A stretch of 64,000 nucleotides of DNA from Folioceros fuciformis. Lineage: Eukaryota. A model generated the notes under the pieces. It was not told the DNA's origin. It saw only the letters and a program-made list of their open reading frames with translations, and did not search any database. The stretch lies in contig JBNGIO010006162.1 in the NCBI GenBank assembly GCA_049999805.1, forward strand, positions 103,827 to 167,826, given 5' to 3'. The translations under genes and the position numbers were made by a program. This document shows positions 23,574-36,502 of this stretch, one piece after another (position 1 is the first letter of the stretch; every line of letters starts with the position of its first letter).

Positions 23574-24656
23574 GCCGACGGGTTCCACTTTTAGTGGCCA
23601 CACTTATCCCACTGTTGTTGAGACATTGGGTTTCGTTCCCACGAAGAAGCGATGAGGTTCCTTGCTGCTGTGGATGGTGGGTCGGACTCAATCGACTCGA
23701 TGATGGATTCGAGGGCTCCCTTCCAGCTCTGATCAGGCGTAGGACAGGTCTCACTGTCCAGCGGTCAGCTGCACCTCTCTCGATGCCCACAAACCCACTC
23801 CACTCACTACAACGACCCTAACCTCTCAGATCTGCGACTTCCCTCACTCACTTCACTCACTCTCTCGCTCCAGCACCAACACTAGCAACCAACAACGACA
23901 CCACTATCGTCTACACTTCCCTACTAACTCCTCCTACCTACCCGGCAAGAGTCACTAGACTAACCCCGAAGAAAAGAAAGAAGGGAACACACTCCCCTCT
24001 TAGATATATCTCCTCCCCACAACCTTACCAGACGCCATGAAACATGGCCAGCCTACAACACTTGTTCAAACAGGGAACAAGAGTGGACAGGTCGAGAGAA
24101 AGACACATCCTATACAATCAAGAGCTAGGGGCAAGCCCCTTCACCCTGGTCATTACACCTTGTGATCCTACCAGACACTATACAACCGGCAACACGCTGC
24201 CCGCGATCCTACCAGACGTTGCACAGCCAGCAACACACTGCAGGTCCTAAACCAAGTAGGGACAGACCACAAGAGCTCATGAAGGGAGTACCTCCAAGAG
24301 CTCACGAAGTGACAGACTGACTCCCAAAGTGAATGACTACCTCCTCCAAGCTCACTTAATCTTATAGGAGCCTCTCTCTCTGACTTCACCTCTCTCTAAC
24401 TCTTATTTTAATAGGACCACTAGCCTAACCGGCCTCTCTCTAACTCTTATTTTAATAGGACCACTAGCCTAACCGGCTATCACTAGCCACTTATTTAGAC
24501 TTCTAGCACATCCTGCCACCAGTGAACTGGCCCTACCACCACAAGGATCTACCACCTCTTAGACTATCCTGAGACTTCGGAGGATGTCTGATCTTCAAAG
24601 ATCTACGAACGCCGCCTCTTCCTTGCTGGATGGCCGCCCGCTAAGTCTTCCCTACA
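23573..24656. mobile_element. Possible solo LTR or non-autonomous insertion
   Basis: About 1.08 kb non-coding segment with TG...CA ends, near-duplicate flanks ACTGAT/ACTGTT and an internal 44-bp tandem duplication (24389-24477). No PBS, PPT or coding domain seen. Confidence 0.25.
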
Positions 24657-25023
24657 ACTGTTCACCCTTGGTGGCCGAGCCAACCTCCAGGGGAGGAATA
24701 TGAGTAGTGGGAAAGATAGAGAGGAGGTGGGAAGCAATGGGATCAGCAGCCGGAACCTGGCCTGAAAACGGTAGCTTATTTAGCAGAATCAGCTTCCAAC
24801 CGAAATGGTTCCTCGGCCATAACCCTATGGTGCTGGAATAGACCCCGAACTAGGAGGAAAGAAAGCAGGTGAAAAAGAGTTGAATTGGAATTTCTGGAAT
24901 TAAATCCAGAAAATAAGGGTGAAAATAGAAAAAAGGAAATTAAGAAAATGAAAAGAAAAAAAATATAGGGATATATATATGGTATATGTATCAATACTAT
25001 TAATACGTATATAAACTTATAGA

Positions 25024-25141
25024 AGCCATTCAGTAGAATGAGTACCCATATTCTAGCCATTCAGTAGAATGAGTGCCCATATTCCAGCCATTCAGTAGAA
25101 TGAGTACCCATATTCCAGCCATTCAGTAGAATGAGTACCCA
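25024..25141. repeat. 31-bp tandem repeat, about 3.8 copies, each with a CATTC-agta-GAATG mini-hairpin
   Basis: AGCCATTCAGTAGAATGAGTACCCATATTC(C/T) at 25024, 25055, 25086, 25117. Confidence 0.9.
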
Positions 25142-25149
25142 AGCTGCCT

Positions 25150-26445
25150 TGGGTTGCAAGCAGGTTTGCTGGCAGGAAAGAAACAATGCTGTTGAGTTCA
25201 AGCCTCCAAATCCCGTAGCTGTCAATTGTCTCCACAGCGGAAGGGCCCAACGTTTAAGACCATTCCCTTGCACTCTACCAGGATGCAATATTTGTGGCCG
25301 TAATCCGCAGGTGGCCACTCATCAGGCACGATGGACTTGTGCAACACAGATGTGACTTCCTCAATGCTGTGCACCAGGAGCACACCCTCCTGGCCCCCGT
25401 CGTAGCGGTACAGTACACCATTGCTTACAACATCCGCAAACCCACTAGAAAATAGCCTGTCCCGGATGTTACAAGGAGGAGCCTCCACTATGATCGTCTT
25501 CCAAGCATGTGTCACAGAGGAGAAGACGAATATGATCCAGGGACTATACATGGGCCACGGATCCACCCTGTCGTAGATGACAACCACCTTGAAACTGGCA
25601 TTGGAGGACTTGCCCACCTCCACCCTCATCATCGCATAAGCATCGGGTACGCTGCATACCTGCGGCAACTGCACACATGTCCTTGTGAAGGGGTTCACAA
25701 CATACAGCTCGCGGCTGCTGGCCTGCATGCATCCTGTTGGAGGACCGCAACAGCTCACACACTCGGCTGAGTATCAACCCATCTTGTGACACCACCCTGC
25801 CCTGCGCTCGTACCCAACCTTCTTCAACGCATGAGTGTCATACAGGGAGCTCTACCCCTCTCTCTGGCTGGACAACACCCTGTGGAACCGGGTTGGGATG
25901 AAATTTAGACTGAGCTTGTAAGTTGCGTGCCGAGACATGCCGGATGCTGGAATCGGACTCCGCCCCTGGGAGGAGAAGAAGCAGAAAGCACAGATCATGA
26001 GTGGAGAAGTTGGCGATTCGGAGGCCTGTAACTGGAAATGGGCAGAGGAGAGGAAAGATCGCCACTGCTTGCACACTGCTCGGAACCGGACCTGGCTTGT
26101 CGGTGGCAATGCCAGTAATGCTCTTCCCACTAGCGCCTCTGGCAGCTTGCTCCACACAGTTTCGTGCATGTCACCAGCCCCTCTCGTCACGGTGCCAGAA
26201 AAGCTTCCTTGCACCACATACAGTTCCAGATTGAGCTCTGAACGCCCCAATTTCCCACAACCCAACTTTCGGATCGCAAACCCCTTCCGGCCGAGGATCT
26301 TTTCGCAGCAGGGCGCCTGATCGGCAGCAACTGGGAGGCGACGGCCCCATCCCCATCCCGTGGATGCCTCTTCCCGACCACTCAACAAAGACGAAAATAC
26401 GTATGTACTGATAGTTTTTACCATTGACTGCCCTTTCCATGCCAA
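25150..26445 (-). pseudogene. F-box pseudogene, same family as the two intact neighbours
   Basis: F-box VWSKLPEALVGRALLALPPTSQVRFRAVCKQW and YKLSLNFIP, then a stop at 25852. ELYVVNPFTRTCVQLP lies in a separate downstream ORF (25222-25758); a further shift leads to SYGIWRLE, then the gene breaks off at the 31-bp array. Confidence 0.75.
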
Positions 26446-26772
26446 ACGGAATCACGTTTCACCTTGAAAAACTTGACAAGAGTGATGGCACCGTGAAATC
26501 AGATGAAAACAAAAAGGTAAAAAATTTAATCTACAGGTACCTTGATGAACATGCGCCCTTCTATGTTGTTGGGCAAGTGTGCATGTATTTATGTTTCCTT
26601 ATAGAAGAAACTTGTTCTTTGAAAAACTTTTAAGAAAGATAGAATTGTACCAACTTCTAGTACTTTGTAAGATGAATTTGTATAAAATTCTTGATGTTTA
26701 GATGTGGAGTATAAAAGACTAAGGTAGAAGCTTTGAGGATATGAACGGAGAGAGTAATTGTTTCATTACTTA

Positions 26773-26840
26773 AGCCCTAAACCCTAAACCCTAAATCCTA
26801 AAACCCTAAACTCTTAAACCCTAAAGCCTAAAACCCTAGA
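26773..26840. repeat. Degenerate interstitial telomeric repeat (CCCTAAA)n, about 9 units
   Basis: AGCCCTAAACCCTAAACCCTAAATCCTAAAACCCTAAACTCTTAAACCCTAAAGCCTAAAACCCTAGA. Confidence 0.85.
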
Positions 26841-27843
26841 ACCGAGATGGATCTCAATTCAGAGCCTACTATGCATATATAGCTTTGGAGGGTTGGAAGA
26901 GAAAGCTTGTCAAATAGAATCAAGGATAGTAGCTAGTTGGCTATATAGATTGCTAGACTCTTGTTGTAAGTATCCTTGAATACCTTAAGATGACCCTGGG
27001 TTATTCAAACCAACAAACCATGGTGGTGAAAATCCCCATCACCTCTACCATCGGAAGAACCCTCAAAATGACCATCTCGCGATTGAATTGAATGGAGATG
27101 AAGGTCTAGCAATGTAAGCACAAAAGCAAATAACACGCAAGGATTCCACAAACTTCAAGCCCCAAACTAAGCCTACTTATAACAAGGGTAACTTTGTTGT
27201 TAGAAGAAAATAATAACTTTTATTATTAAAATATATTCACAAAATATTATCTAACTTTTCTTCTCCCTAGATATTATAAATACCTAGTAACAAAAAGGTC
27301 TATTCTAATCTCTCATTCATAAACATTCCAAACAACTATTAACGAAACATGTCTTTGGTTATCGAAACATGTCTCTTTCATAGGCTATATATGTGAGTGA
27401 ATGTCTTAAGAAAATGTCGACTTTTTTTTCTATGAAGAAGTTTTTTGGAACTCACCCTATGGTAGCGTCCAAGTTTTGACCGGGTATATTTCTTCTTTCC
27501 CTTTTTGTGTGTTCTTTATTTTTGTTGTTTAGGAAGTTTTTTTTTATAGCTTAACCTTAGATTATATGAAACATTGTTCTATTGTTTGCGATGCTTTTCT
27601 GTTTCTTTAATGTAGTAATTGGGCATGTTTTCAATCTAAGTGTAGATGTCCGATACGAGTTATGCTAATTAATTTTCTATGTATTGGATGCAGTGCTTCG
27701 ACAAGGTTCTAAGTAATGTGTGAAAAGTTAGTGACTATTCTTTGGGTTTCTTAGCTTATTGCCCGTGTGATTGGTAAGATGTTTGTGACGAGATGGAGAT
27801 ATCATCCATTCAAAGATAAGCATGTCATATTGTAGATGTGTTT

Positions 27844-28374
27844 ATGAATCCTAACTTCTCTAGAATGTTGTATGAAATATGTGTAGGGATCACACTCATG
27901 GAGATCAACGTGAGCTCCAAATTCGATGAGTCTTCAAGAATCATGGAGATAAGAGTCACTTCTGGAATTTCGAGGACTGCTGTTGTGAAGAGAATATGTT
28001 TGTCTATGGACCATTTGGCCTCGTCTACTGATGCGATCATCCTGATTACTGCATTGGGTGATTCTATTCATGTTGGATTATTGGTGGCAAGTCTTATAGT
28101 AGAGGAAGATGCTTCACTCTTGATGTGTAAGTGTGCATTTGAGAAGATTACCTTGGTGAATCACGAGGGGGCAAGTTGTGAAGTAATGAAACTTGCTTGC
28201 GTTATTGTTTGGAATCATGTGGAGTTGCGATGGTTATGTTCTATGGTGGACCATATGGTGGACTATGAGCCTTCTCTGATAGCAAAGGATAAGCTCTGGG
28301 AAGAGATGGATGAGCAGGAGAGACAGTGCTACCCATTATTGTTTGATAGTGACTTCTTTAAGAGCTTCATCTAG
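27844..28374 (+). CDS. Intronless hypothetical protein, possibly a divergent Alba/Rpp20-Rpp25-like domain
   Basis: 176-aa ORF in an AT-rich island. EIRVTSG...IILITALGDSIHVGLLVASLI resembles the Alba pattern EIRIT...EIVLKAMGRAINKAVxVAELI. Confidence 0.4.
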   Translation: MNPNFSRMLYEICVGITLMEINVSSKFDESSRIMEIRVTSGISRTAVVKRICLSMDHLASSTDAIILITALGDSIHVGLLVASLIVEEDASLLMCKCAFEKITLVNHEGASCEVMKLACVIVWNHVELRWLCSMVDHMVDYEPSLIAKDKLWEEMDEQERQCYPLLFDSDFFKSFI

Positions 28375-29750
28375 GGATTAGTAGCTTGAGAAGGACATGT
28401 GTGCGAGAATGGACTCTGTGATCACTTGGCCTAGGATTGAGTTCTCCTTATTGAATAGGATACATTACACATTCTTTGTTGTTGTGAAGCTCAAGGTGGT
28501 GTGTGTAAGATGAGATGTTTCTTGTTGAAATCCATGAGAAAGTGCTTCACCCAACTTTGCAAGATGAAGTGTTTCTTGTGAAAAGCCCATCAATTCTATG
28601 AGTAAATGCTTCATCCAAGTTCTTGGGAACTCTCAGCAATGGACCTCCTATTCCATCCATGTGAAGAAGAAGAAGACAAACTCCTTTTCCATCCACACGA
28701 ACATGACGACTCCTATTCATCTATCCATGCAAGGACATGGTTAGAGTAAGCAAAGGGACGACTCCTACGTGAATGTATGAAGCGGAAATTATAATGGTTT
28801 TTTTGAGCAGCGAGAGGTATAATTTATCTGGAATTGGGGTGGGTCAGGGTGTCTCGTTTACGGGCCTGAGCGCTTCATGGCGCGGTGAAGATGCTGCCTT
28901 GGCAGGCTAGTTCCCGGGCCGAGATTCAGGACACCCGGCAAAGTCAGTGTGGCGCATTGGCCGTGTAGGAGGCGCCTCCTGGCATTACGGGCCGCGCGTC
29001 ACGGCTCCATCGACCATGCCGGCCTCCGCCCCCGCCCTCTCCTGGCTGCCCTGCCTGCCGGTTGCTCTCCTTTCCTCCCTCCCCCCGTCCTGCTCTGCCC
29101 GGCCCTGCCCTTTCCCGCCGTGCTTGTTTTCCGATTCTGCCTTCCCGTCCCTACCGCGGGTCCCGCTTCGGGACGTCATGCAGCCTGACCGCTGTTTGCC
29201 TGATCGCTGCTTGCCTCTTGAGCATTTGAGTGCTGTGTGATGATTCTGCTGTAGGCACTTTGTGGTTCGTGAAGAGAGGCGAGGCTCTCGGTCGAGGAAT
29301 TCGTGAGCTGAACGTGCCTGGGAAGGAATTGGCTGAGTGTGCACGGTGGTTTGTAAGTTTCTGCTCTGTTGGTGTGCGGCTTGCTGCGAGCTGGGGCCTA
29401 GGTTGGAGGAATTGAGCTGGGATGGGAATGTGGAATCGGGAAGTGGAGTTGTAGTTGGAATCGCGTCCTTTTCTGAGATGGCTTCGGTTGCCACGTTCTT
29501 GTGGGAGTGGTAGCTGGGAGCGGGTTGCATGCGCTGTTTAGTGATAGCATTTGCAAGGTGGAGGGTCTCAGCATTGTACGGGGTTTGAGTAGTGAGTTTG
29601 GTGCTGATTGGGGACTGGTTTAACGGTGGTGCCCAGGCTCTGGGGTTGCGGGACCCTGGTTTAGCTGCAATCACTCCGACGTGCCAACACGTTGCTCTTG
29701 GAAGCTGGAGAGTAGATTGTCCGCGTCAGCGTTGCGCTTTGTGCAAGTCT

Positions 29751-32700
29751 ATGAGGTCTGCTGGCAAGGTATGCTGCCCCTGTTGCCTTTGGGACGATAT
29801 ACGCGCAGCTTGTCATGTAGTCTTTTTGTGTGGTGGGACTGGGAGAGAAGAGTAGGTCATCTCTTTATTCTATGGATCTGTATCTGGGAGAGCGTCCCTC
29901 TGCTTACTCTATGCACGGCCTCGCAGTTTGTATTACACATCAAAAGGAAGGGCTCACTGGTTTCTGTAAATTCATCAACCGTAAAGACTGATGGCAACCT
30001 AAATCTGGACACCCTGGAGCAATCACCAGATAAACTTGGCGTGCTACGGGTGGATCCTGGCCTTGTCCCTTATCGTGACCACCTGAAGTACAGGTATCAT
30101 AAGTACCTGCAGCTGAAGGGGAACATCCAGAAATACGAGGGAGGACTGGACACTTTTTCCAAAGGTTCGGGCTATGATTCTGCACGTTATTCGTCCCCTT
30201 GCTCGCTATGAAGAAAGGGATAATCATAAGTCACTTGTCTTGTGACTCTGCTTTGGAATTTGATCGAAAAATATTTCATTGAGGCAGGGTATGAGAAGTT
30301 CGGTTTCGTAAGAGACGGTGACTCGATAATATACCGAGAATGGGCTCCTGCAGCGCAGTGAGTCATCCCCTCCAGGGCAACACACAGCGAAGTTAGAGAG
30401 TGGCTTTCGCTTGAACGTTGGTCTGTCCTGGGTCTGCCAGGTTGTGGCTTCAGCTTGAATTCATGTTTTACCTGGGATGTTAACTAGATTATGTGGTGGT
30501 GTCCAGGGCTGCTCAGCTGATAGGCGACTTCAATGGTTGGAACGGGTCGGAGTATCACTTAGCCAAAAACCAGTTCGGGGTCTGGACAATTAAGCTAACG
30601 GATAAAGATGGAAAGGCCGCTATTCCACACGGATCTAGGGTCAAAGTGCGTCTCCAGAAAGGGGATGGGACCTGGATTGATCGAATACCTGCCTGGATCA
30701 AGTGGGCTACTGTTGAGCCTGGAAGAATGGGTGCAGCCTATGACGGTATCTATTGGGACCCACCAGCTTCTAAAAGGTTGCTCTATTACATCTTTCAGTG
30801 TCTACCTCTGTTTGAAAGCTGTGCAGCTCTGGTTCCACGGTTGGTTTATGCACTGCAGTGCGCGACCAGCTTGAATGATGAAGTGATGATCAGTGCTGAC
30901 AATCTCTGTCCCTTATGACATTCTGAACAGGTATCAATTCAAGCACGGAAGGCCTCCAAAGCCTGCCGCACCACGAATATACGAAGCTCATGTTGGAATG
31001 AGTTCCAAAGAGCCACGCGTAGCCTCGTATATTGAATTTGCCGACAATGTCCTTCCTCGAATAAAGGCCAATAATTACAATACCGTGCAATTAATGGCAG
31101 TGATGGAGCATGCCTATTATGGATCCTTCGGCTATCATGTGACCAATTTTTTTGCTGTGAGCAGTCGGTCAGGCACTCCAGACGAACTTAAATATCTGAT
31201 TGACAAAGCGCACTCATTGGGTTTACGGGTTCTCATGGACGTTGTGCATAGCCACGCAAGCAGCAATGTAGTTGATGGTCTAAATGGATTTGATCTGGGG
31301 CAGGCAGCCCAGGATTCCTACTTTTATACCGGCCAAAGAGGCTATCACTCGCTATGGGACAGCCGCTTGTTTAACTATGGAAACTGGGAAGTCCAAAGGT
31401 TCTTGCTTTCAAACTTACGCTGGTGGTTCGAAGAATATAATTTTGATGGGTTTAGATTCGACGGAGTCACATCCATGCTATATCACCACCATGGGTTGAA
31501 TATGGCATTTTCAGGAAGTTACAATGAGTATTTCAGTGAGGCAACAGATGTGGATGCAGTAGTATACCTCATGCTTGCCAACGATCTCATTCACAGTGTC
31601 TATCCAGATGCAACTATGATTGCAGAGGATGTGTCTGGAATGCCGACCTTGTGTAGACCGGTTCAAGAAGGTGGTGTCGGTTTTGACTTCAGATTGGCCA
31701 TGGCTATCCCAGACAAGTGGATACAATATCTGAAAGACAGGAAGGACGAAGAATGGTCAGTTGGCGATATTGTCCAAACGTTGGTAAACAGGAGATACAC
31801 CGAGAAGTGTGTTGCCTATGCTGAAAGTCATGATCAAGTACGTCCTGCTTCATCTTTACTGTTTGTGCATCACCAGTGCACCTAAAATCTCAAGGCAACT
31901 TTCTTTTCCATATGGATGTGCAGTCGATGGTGGGGGACAAGGCTTTTGCATTTTTGCTTATGGATAGGGAGATGTATGACAACATGTCGGATTTGAAACC
32001 AGCATCCCCTATTGTTGATCGGGGCATTGCACTCCACAAGGTGAATACACCGGACATTCATGTGCTTGATATCAGTGCTGACTGAGCTTCCGTTCCTCCC
32101 TAACAGATCTGCTGGCAGCTACAGTGTCACTGATCTCTGTTGCCATTGCAGATGATTCACTTTGTGACCATGGCACTTGGAGGAGAAGGATATCTCAACT
32201 TCATGGGTAATGAGGTAAGGTGTTTCAGTCTGCAAGATCTGTGGGTTCTCGTTCGAGGTCTGCCTGTGATCATATAGTTGGCTTGTTTTGCCTGTCGTAT
32301 CCTGCAATACATCTAGGGCTTTGGGCGGTCACCTCTGTGGCTGGATTTTGCAGTTTGGTCATCCAGAGTGGATAGATTTTCCGAGAGAAGGCAATGGCTG
32401 GAGCTATGACAAGTGCCGAAGGCAGTGGAGTTTGGTTGACACTGATCATCTCCGGTACAAGGTATCATTTTTGTGTCGTTTCTACTGGAGAAGCACACTG
32501 GACGTCATAGGTGCCATGCCTTTCAACACTTCTTTCTGGACGTGGATGCAGTACATGAACAACTTTGACAAAGCTATGAATGTACTCGAGGAGAGATTCC
32601 ATTTTCTTTCCTCGTCTAATCAGATCCTATCGTCAGCAAATGAATGGGAGAAGGTTGTGGTGCCAATCCCACCTGTGGTTGTGTGAGTTTGTTGCAACAG

Positions 32701-33356
32701 TTAGCTGTCAAGACGCAATAGAAGAAGCTGAACCCGGGTTCATGTTCCTCATAACTTGTTTCGTTGTGCGGCCCAGGTCATTGTTTTCGAGAGAGGAGAC
32801 CTGGTGTTCGTCTTCAATTTTCATCCTGTGAACACGTATGCTGGGTAGGTGCAGTGTCCAGCTCAATTCACCGTCACATCGTCGAGGCAATAGTGAAGAA
32901 GCTTAACGTAAGTCCTGTCCTGATAGGTACAAGGTAGGTTGCGATGTGCCGGGGAAGTATCGAATAGCATTAGACAGCGATGCCAAAGAGTTTGGCGGTC
33001 ACGGTCGGGTAAGTACCATAACCTTTGTTCTGCTGTCCTCCCATAAGAAGTTCAGTTCGGGTGTTCTTAGTTCTGTATTCTCACACTGTGTCCTCTGTGA
33101 GCAGCTGGATCCGACGGTGGACCATTTCACCTCTCCTGAAGGGGAGCCTGGGAAGCCAGAGACGAATTTCAACAATAGGCCAAGCTCGTTTCAAGTGCTG
33201 TCTCCATCCAGAACTTGTCAGGTGTGCGTCCACACGGAGCCCAGCTCTCGACTGAAGATTCCCAACTTATGCGCCAGGCCCAGTTGTCGTCCTCTCATAC
33301 ATTTTGGTGGGTTGTTGCAGGTATATTACAAGGTACCCGAGCCTCCTGCTCGCTGA
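29751..33356 (+). CDS. SBE1: Starch branching enzyme I (1,4-alpha-glucan branching enzyme, GH13), multi-exon; 5' end and transit peptide uncertain, may start further upstream
   Basis: [74 protein letters not shown] and PETNFNNRP across GT-AG-bounded exons. Confidence 0.95.
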
Positions 33357-33761
33357 CTCATAGACCTGCAACTTTGAGGTGGCTAGATGCGAGAAGTGTT
33401 CCATCCGAAACAGCCAAGTTGCTACCAGTGTACACTATTCTACTACCACGAACATCCCACACAACTTCCGGAACAGAGGTTCCTGGATGTGGCCATTCGC
33501 ACATCGGCTGTGAAAGCCGTACACTCCCGACATACTTACTTTGTATAGTAGACTTATGAATGTCAAAGTACGCATGTACATACTCCATCCCGAAATTTCA
33601 CGTATCGGGTGTAAACGACTTGACGGCCTTGTAACCTTGTAAACCTTACGTGAAATGTCTACGGACAGAAGACTGTTGCGATTCTAACCACGACGGCTGA
33701 GAGGTTTGGCTGCTGGGCTCCAGTGCGGGAGCGGGTACTTGAAATTGGGGGCGCCTCTTGC

Positions 33762-36156
33762 ATGGCTGCATGTTGTGCAGCAGAAATCCCTGCGGTAGGG
33801 GGATGGCTGCGCCCCTCTCATCAGTTAGGTACCTTGTTTCCGGTATTCAGCTCGTTTAGAGGAAGCATGTTTCGAGGAGCTCACTCCCGGTGTCTGAGGC
33901 TGGTGACGGCTCGCCTGCTGGACTCTCCCCATCCAGCTGCCGCACTGCACACGCTCCGTCTACACTCTTCCCTTCTCCATCCTCCTGAAAGGCAGAGCCT
34001 CGTGAGACATTTTGGGGGCTGGGATTCTGCATTCTCGCCACGTCATTATTGCCTGGTCTGCGCCTGGCCCAGAGTGGCTTCCTCGCTACCTTCTCAGCCT
34101 TGTGGTGTGGGCTATCTGAGCTTCTCGGTTGGGGGTGTGGGGGGCAGGATGGCAGAGACCTCAGCAATTCACCATGGCACAGGAGCTTTGCCACCCAGGT
34201 CCGGAAAGGTTAGCCTCCTTGTAAACACATGATGGCGTGCTCAGTTTCTGGAGCAATTTCGTTCTAGTCGGCCCTGAAATCTGCAAGAAAGGTTTCATTG
34301 TTAAACTTGTGAAATGTGAGTTTTCCTGTAGTGTTATACTCTGTTCTGCGTGTGCAGGGTGAGGCCTTTGCACGTGTTTGCATTGCTTTGTTTCAAGATC
34401 TGCTTCTCTTTGATTGGCTACTCATCCAGTGCCGGACTGTTTGGTACCCTGGTATCATCAGGAGGCAAGCGGAGCCCGAAGCAGGTGGATGTTGAAGGTC
34501 AGTCGGATGGAGCTTCTGTGCGGGAGGCCGCACTGCAGGCAGCTATCTCGAAAATAGAGCAAGAGTATGGAAAGGAAACAGTTATTTGGATGGGGAGAAA
34601 TAACCCCCGCCAGGATATCCCAGTTATCTCGACAGGATCGCTATCACTTGATATAGCTTTGGGAATCGGTGGCTTGCCAAGGGTACGCTGTGGGCTGTGT
34701 GCTTGGGGAGTGTGATGAAAGTTGAGGGTGGTTGTTGATGTGATTGCCGCTTACACTGCTTGTGCTCTGCTGAGTGTTTGGAGAGGGCCCATTCTTTCAA
34801 GGTTGAGTTCAGCTAACTTGGCTCCCACTACCAGGGCCGTGTTATAGAAATCTATGGTCCTGAGGCATCCGGAAAAACTACTCTGGCACTCCATGTCATC
34901 GCAGAGGCTCAGAAACTAGGAGGTATTGTCCACAGGCTGATGTACTGCAAATGTGCGTTGTTCTTTTGCAGGTGGGCCAGACATTAATGAATCACAGTTC
35001 TCCGTGCTTTGCAGGTAAATGTCTCTTCGTCGATGCAGAGCATGCCCTTGACCGATCCTTTGCAGAGAAGATTGGTGTTGATGTAAACGACCTGTTGCTA
35101 TCACAGCCTGACGATGGGGAGCAAGCGCTCAATATCACTGACTTAATGATCAGAAGTGGCAGCATTGATGTTGTTGTGGTCGACAGTGTGAGTGCTGTCT
35201 CTGCTTCGATTGCTTAGCTACATTAAAAGTTGTTTTTGTTGTGAGTCGATGGGCTTGCTCGTCGGGTTACTCACATAGTCATGATCAATGTTGTACCTGC
35301 CAGGTGGCAGCTTTGGTGCCCAAAGCAGAGTTGGAAGGAGACATGGGTGATTCGCATATGGCCCTACAGGCTCGCCTCATGAGCCAGGCTCTGAGGAAGC
35401 TCACTCATTCTCTTGCACGCGCTCAAACAACCCTCATCTTTATCAACCAGGTCTGTCCGTACCCAAGGAATCCTTCTCCATGTTTGCCAGGTCCTGGTGG
35501 TTGTTGGTGATGCTTACTGTGATGGTGGAACAGATAAGATCAAAACTAGGAACTTTTGGAGGATTCGGGGGTCCCACAGAGGTGACCTCGGGAGGCAACG
35601 CCTTGAAGTTTTACGCCTCTGTCCGGCTTAACATCCGCCGAACAAATATGCTGAAGACAGGAAACGAGGTGTGCTCAGCTGTCAAGATTTGGGCAGTGTG
35701 CATTTGAGTGTCAGTTTTGTGCAGAGCTGAAAATTTTCTTGCCCGACTTAATTCACCATCGTGTCTTGGGGATGGGTTTCTTTGCAGGTAACAGGAAATC
35801 AAGTGGTGGTGAAGGTGGCAAAGAACAAGCTAGCACCTCCCTTTAGGACGGCAGAATTTGAGATAGAGTTTGGCAGAGGCATCTCTCGAGAAGGCGAGGT
35901 TTTGGAGTTGGGCGTGAAGCATGGCTTGCTCTCCAAATCAGGGTCCTGGTTTGCGTACAACAAAGAGAATTTTGCCAATGGTAGAGACCAGGGCAAGACG
36001 TACCTCCGCGAGAACTCTGACTTCTGTGACAAGTTAATTGGACTTATCAAGGAAGCCAGTCTGGATGGGAGGGGCTCGACATTGGACTCAGATACAGTCG
36101 AGGATATGAACGATGAAGACGTTGAGCCTCAGGACTTCTACGCTAGGGAGGCATAA
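33762..36156 (+). CDS. RECA: Organelle-targeted RecA recombinase (mitochondrial RECA2/3-like), multi-exon; start codon uncertain
   Basis: [38 protein letters not shown] (Walker A), [59 protein letters not shown]. Confidence 0.93.
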
Positions 36157-36502
36157 GGAAAGTTTTAAATTGCGTTTCTAGCAGTCTTTCCGTCCTCCGG
36201 GTCATCCTTAGCATTTGCAGGTTCAAGGCAAGACCTGAGTCGTTGCGAACTCAGTATCTTCTTTTGAACACAGCGGAGGATTTTGTTGCTGAAAATATTT
36301 TTTGTCCGGAGCCTCTTAACTATGTTTCTTGGGGAGACATTGCTCCGTTCCAGCACTCCGAGTATCTTCCATCGTCTCGGACACAATCCAGCGCACTTAG
36401 TACTGGACTTGCTTACGGTGCATGGCAGTATTTGTTTCACTATTGCGTAGGCTTATGTCTGAGCGCAGTTTTCTCCAAACGATCATTTGAAGCGGAGCTG
36501 AT

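Noticed and set aside
20378-25141. 46-, 58- and 31-bp arrays (also 25- and 37-bp arrays elsewhere) as CRISPR-like arrays
   Set aside because: Units are head-to-tail with no unique spacers, there are no cas genes, and the context is eukaryotic.
33762-36156. RecA as bacterial contamination or recent HGT, or as functionally clustered with the OSB-like PDF motifs
   Set aside because: It has spliceosomal introns and the plant organellar FGGFGGP insert; 14 kb proximity in a gene-dense genome is not evidence of linkage.
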